Shown here one piece after another: positions 38,335 through 41,288 of a DNA stretch of 41,288 nucleotides (its first letter is position 1; every line of letters begins with the position of its first letter). The stretch covers positions 1 to 41,288 of the forward strand of contig CAXNGL010000002.1 in the NCBI GenBank assembly GCA_964201515.1, given 5' to 3'. This stretch comes from Burkholderiales bacterium. Lineage in GTDB: Bacteria > Pseudomonadota > Gammaproteobacteria > Burkholderiales > SG8-39. The notes beneath the pieces were generated by a model that did not search any database, was not told the DNA's origin, and was given only the letters and a program-made list of their open reading frames with translations. The position numbers were made by a program, and so were the translations under genes.

Positions 38335-38637
38335 TCATGGAATCGGATGATGGACGGTTACCAGCTTCGTCCCGTCGGGGAATGTTGCCTCTACCTGGAT
38401 GTCCGGAATCATCTCAGGCACCCCTTCCATGACGTCCTCGCGCGCAAGGAGCGTGGTGCCGTAACTCATCAGCTCGGCCACCGTGCGCCCGTCGCGCGCG
38501 CCCTCGAGGATGGCCGCGGTGATGAAGGCCACCGCCTCCGGGTAGTTGAGCTTCAAGCCGCGCGCGCGACGCCGTTCCGCGAGCAGACCGGCGGTAAAGA
38601 TCAGCAGCTTGTCCTTCTCGCGCGGCGTCAGTTCCAT
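38335..38637 (-). CDS. ureA: urease gamma subunit UreA
   Basis: [37 protein letters not shown]... is the canonical UreA sequence, 100 aa. Confidence 0.95.
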   Translation of the reverse strand: MELTPREKDKLLIFTAGLLAERRRARGLKLNYPEAVAFITAAILEGARDGRTVAELMSYGTTLLAREDVMEGVPEMIPDIQVEATFPDGTKLVTVHHPIP

Positions 38638-38716
38638 GTCGAATCCGTTCCGTAATTATTATCAATAACAGACATATACCAATGTCTACCCTGGATAGAT
38701 ACGGTAATTATATTCA

Positions 38717-39577
38717 TCATGTGGCCCAGATCCTGGGCGCTTCGGCCGGCCCGCCATGCAGCCCCGGCCGCATCAGCGCCCACAGCGCCGCGAACCAATG
38801 GCGCGCATCTTCCGATGAATCCCCCAGCCACCGCGCAATGCACATGCCGGGAAGGCGGGTCATTCCCGCCTTGGCGCCTTTGATGACCGGCACTGCACGG
38901 CAGGCCGCCACCACATCCGCCGACAAATCGCGTCCCGCGGCAATCAGCGTCCCGCACACAGTATGGCCGGCCAGCCCGACCGGCGAGGCGAACAACGGGT
39001 CGTCACCAACGAGCCTGCCCTGCTCCAGCCACAGCCGGCGACCGTCGCGCGAGACTTCGGTGCGCGTGCGAAGTTCCCCCTTTGCAAAACGCTCGCCGGA
39101 GGCCGTGCGGCCAAAGCAGACAATCTCCCAGCCCAGATAGACCGCATCCCCCTCAAGTCGCACCTCGGTTGTCATGTTCGCCATTGCCTGATTGAACACG
39201 ATGCTCTCCTGCGGTAGCCACTCCAGCGACGCACCCGCCTTCACCTCGAAGGCCAGCGACTGACTCGCCGCCGGCCCCGACGAGCGGTACCACTTGCCGG
39301 CGCCCGGCGTGGTCAGCAGCGCCGCGCTCGATTCGCCGAGCTTCACTGCGATCGCGAGCCTGTCCCCGCTGGCAATACCGCCCGGGGGATGCACCACGAT
39401 GGTGTGGCAGGTGCCCTCGCCCTCCGGGTAGAGGTTACGCTGCACGCGCAACGGTCCCAGGTGCTCGCGCCGGGTCAGGACGGTGCGGCCGCCAGTGCGC
39501 TCGTAACCCAGGGTCAGTCGCGCATCCCAGCAGGGCATGACTGCGGCAGAAGCGGGCGCAACATCGCTGAGGTCCAT
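38717..39577 (-). CDS. ureD: urease accessory protein UreD (UreH)
   Basis: 286 aa. Pattern ...LRVQRNLYPEG...CHTIVVHPPGGIASGDRL... typical of UreD, located upstream of ureABC. Confidence 0.85.
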   Translation of the reverse strand: MDLSDVAPASAAVMPCWDARLTLGYERTGGRTVLTRREHLGPLRVQRNLYPEGEGTCHTIVVHPPGGIASGDRLAIAVKLGESSAALLTTPGAGKWYRSSGPAASQSLAFEVKAGASLEWLPQESIVFNQAMANMTTEVRLEGDAVYLGWEIVCFGRTASGERFAKGELRTRTEVSRDGRRLWLEQGRLVGDDPLFASPVGLAGHTVCGTLIAAGRDLSADVVAACRAVPVIKGAKAGMTRLPGMCIARWLGDSSEDARHWFAALWALMRPGLHGGPAEAPRIWAT

Positions 39578-39663
39578 GAACGCAGCATTCCCCGAATGTT
39601 TTCAAGCCCGAATGTGTCAGGCGCGATCGGTAGCGTAGCACTCCGGCACCCATCCGACATTGG

Positions 39664-40356
39664 TCAGATGGCGAGCATGCCCTTGACGTTCTCGGCGTCC
39701 ATCTCGCTGCCCGGTCCGGCCTTGACCACTTCGCCGCGCGACATCACCACATAGTGGTCGGCCAGTTCGCGCGCGAAGTCGTAGTACTGCTCCACCAGCA
39801 GGATGGCCATCTCGCCACTCTGGGCCAGGGTCGAGATGACACGGCCGATATCCTTGATGATGGAGGGCTGGATGCCCTCGGTGGGCTCATCCAGGATGAG
39901 CAGCCGGGGGCCGGCCGCGAGCGCCCGGCCAATCGCCAATTGCTGCTGCTGGCCGCCAGAGAGGTCACCGCCACGCCGGTGCAGCATGTCCTTCAACACC
40001 GGGAACATGTCGAAGATCCGAGCCGGCACCTTGCCGCCACCCGGCTTGGAGGCCAGGCCCATGAGGAGATTTTCTTCGACAGTGAGTCGCGGGAAGATTT
40101 CCCGTCCCTGCGGCACGTAACCGATGCCCAGGCGCGCGCGTTCGTAAGGGGGAAGCGCGGCAATGTTCTTCCCCTCCAGCGTCAGTGATCCGGAACGGAT
40201 GGGCAACAGGCCCACCAGGCATTTCAGCAGCGTGGTCTTGCCTACGCCGTTGCGCCCGAGCACCGTGGTGCAGGCGCCCATGGGGATGTCGAAGGACACG
40301 TCGCGCAAGATATGACTGCCGCCATAGTACTGGTTGAGTCCGGAGATGCTCAGCAT
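39664..40356 (-). CDS. urtE: urea ABC transporter ATP-binding protein UrtE (LivF-like)
   Basis: Walker A GRNGVGKTT, signature LSGGQQQ, Walker B LLILDEP. About 230 aa, adjacent to the urease genes and downstream of a LivG-like ATPase. Confidence 0.8.
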   Translation of the reverse strand: MLSISGLNQYYGGSHILRDVSFDIPMGACTTVLGRNGVGKTTLLKCLVGLLPIRSGSLTLEGKNIAALPPYERARLGIGYVPQGREIFPRLTVEENLLMGLASKPGGGKVPARIFDMFPVLKDMLHRRGGDLSGGQQQQLAIGRALAAGPRLLILDEPTEGIQPSIIKDIGRVISTLAQSGEMAILLVEQYYDFARELADHYVVMSRGEVVKAGPGSEMDAENVKGMLAI

Positions 40357-40403
40357 TTCTTTCCTAGCGTTCGTTGCAACCGACGTGAATCCGGTTTGGC
40401 AGA

Positions 40404-40559
40404 GATCCTTGCTTGTATGCGAATGGCTTCATCATCCGTGTACAAGCAAGGATCCGCACGGACGGCCTCTTCGTCCGTGCAGGTTTTTCACAACACCTGC
40501 GCGCTGCGCGCGCCAACCCCGTTTTGTACGAATACACACCATTCGTACAAAACGGGGTT
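40404..40559. other. cluster of three strong hairpins in the urtD-urtE spacer
   Basis: Hairpin 1: 14-bp stem 40404-40417 / 40441-40454. Hairpin 2: 9-bp GC stem 40456-40464 / 40472-40480, followed on the plus strand by aggttttt. Hairpin 3: perfect 19-bp stem 40515-40533 / 40541-40559 with loop acacacc. Confidence 0.8.
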
Positions 40560-40636
40560 TCTGGTATCCGTTGCGGAACCACTAAAGTGGATTTTGGCAA
40601 GGGCCTACCCTCATTCTGTTGTCTCTCGAAGACAGC

Positions 40637-41288
40637 TCAACGCCCCAGATACACTTCAATCACGCGCTCATCGGCCTGCACCACGTCCATGGGCCCTTCG
40701 GCGAGCACGCTGCCTTCGTGCAGCACCGTGACCGTGCGCGCGATGCGCCCGACAAAATCCATGTCGTGCTCGACCACGATGAGCGAATGCTTGCCGGCCA
40801 GCGTGTTGAACAGCTCCGCAGTGCGCTCGGTCTCGGAGTCGGTCATGCCGGCCACCGGCTCATCGAGCAGGAGCAGCCTTGGCTCCTGCATCAGCAGCAT
40901 GCCGATTTCCAGCCACTGTTTCTGGCCATGCGAAAGGAGGCCCGCAGGACGCGAGGCCTCGTCGAGCAACCGGATCAGCGCCAGCGTGTCGGCGATGCGG
41001 TCGAGCGCCGCCGAGTCCAGCTGCGCGCGCCAGGTGGCCTTGACACGCTTGTCGGTCTTCATGGCCAGCTCGAGGTTCTCGAACACGCTGTGGTTCTCGA
41101 ATACCGTCGGCTTCTGGAACTTGCGGCCGATGCCGGCATGCGCGATCTGCGGTTCGGTCATACGCAGGAGGTCGATGGCCTGGCCGAAGAATGCGGTGCC
41201 TGAATCCGGCCGCGTCTTGCCGGTGATGACATCCATCATGGTGGTCTTGCCGGCGCCATTGGGACCGATGATGCAGCGCAGCTCTCCC
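40637..41288 (-). CDS. urtD: urea ABC transporter ATP-binding protein UrtD (LivG-like), 5' end outside window
   Basis: The frame is open to the window edge. The reverse translation of the last bases gives GELRCIIGPNGAGKTTMMDVITGKTRPDSG (Walker A). The signature LSHGQKQ and Walker B LLLLDEP are also present. Confidence 0.85.
   Translation of the reverse strand, partial: GELRCIIGPNGAGKTTMMDVITGKTRPDSGTAFFGQAIDLLRMTEPQIAHAGIGRKFQKPTVFENHSVFENLELAMKTDKRVKATWRAQLDSAALDRIADTLALIRLLDEASRPAGLLSHGQKQWLEIGMLLMQEPRLLLLDEPVAGMTDSETERTAELFNTLAGKHSLIVVEHDMDFVGRIARTVTVLHEGSVLAEGPMDVVQADERVIEVYLGR

Noticed and set aside
40312-40731. Small ORFs (139, 83 and 78 aa) in the urtD-urtE spacer
   Set aside because: They lack ribosome-binding sites, cross the strong hairpins, and partly overlap the urtD and urtE coding ends.

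Overview
This is a GC-rich proteobacterial chromosomal segment, probably betaproteobacterial judging by gene content and codon style. I found no rRNA, tRNA, CRISPR array, transposase or integrase.

Gene order, left to right:
- 3' end of a gamma-glutamyltranspeptidase gene
- two unrelated MFS transporters flanking a secreted hypothetical protein
- groES-groEL (minus strand) with a CIRCE operator
- a cyclic-nucleotide-gated K+ channel
- a long minus-strand gene train: coiled-coil protein, small periplasmic beta-sandwich-like protein, SIMPL/DUF541 protein, five tandem paralogous MFS transporters, an alpha/beta hydrolase and an HExxH lipoprotein peptidase
- a two-gene module: a TPR plus beta-barrel outer-membrane protein (Slam/DUF560-like) followed by a roughly 2016-aa secreted protein
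- a small metabolic cluster built around a protein whose reading frame is interrupted by one TGA
- a FixL/FixJ-like two-component pair
- a complete urease locus (urtD', urtE, ureD, ureA, ureB, ureC, ureE, ureF, ureG, hupE/ureJ)

Two candidates are the most interesting.
1. A probable selenoprotein at 27674..28252. An in-frame TGA is followed by GGA-AGC-TGC, giving a U-G-S-C motif, and a SECIS-like hairpin starts 11 nt downstream. The ORF track splits this gene into two fragments. Two divergent paralogs of an uncharacterised family flank it.
2. A putative Slam / type XI secretion-like pair. Its cargo is a giant non-lipoprotein with an N-terminal FecR-like domain, a long low-complexity spacer and four tandem TbpB-like handle-plus-barrel modules.

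Secondary observations:
- five MFS paralogs chained by 4-nt stop/start overlaps
- a 280-bp hairpin-rich insertion between urtD and urtE
- two short tandem-repeat arrays (9 bp x5, 10 bp x6) in 5' regions
- an unusually long His-rich UreE tail

All functional calls come from reading motifs in the translations. No database search was run.
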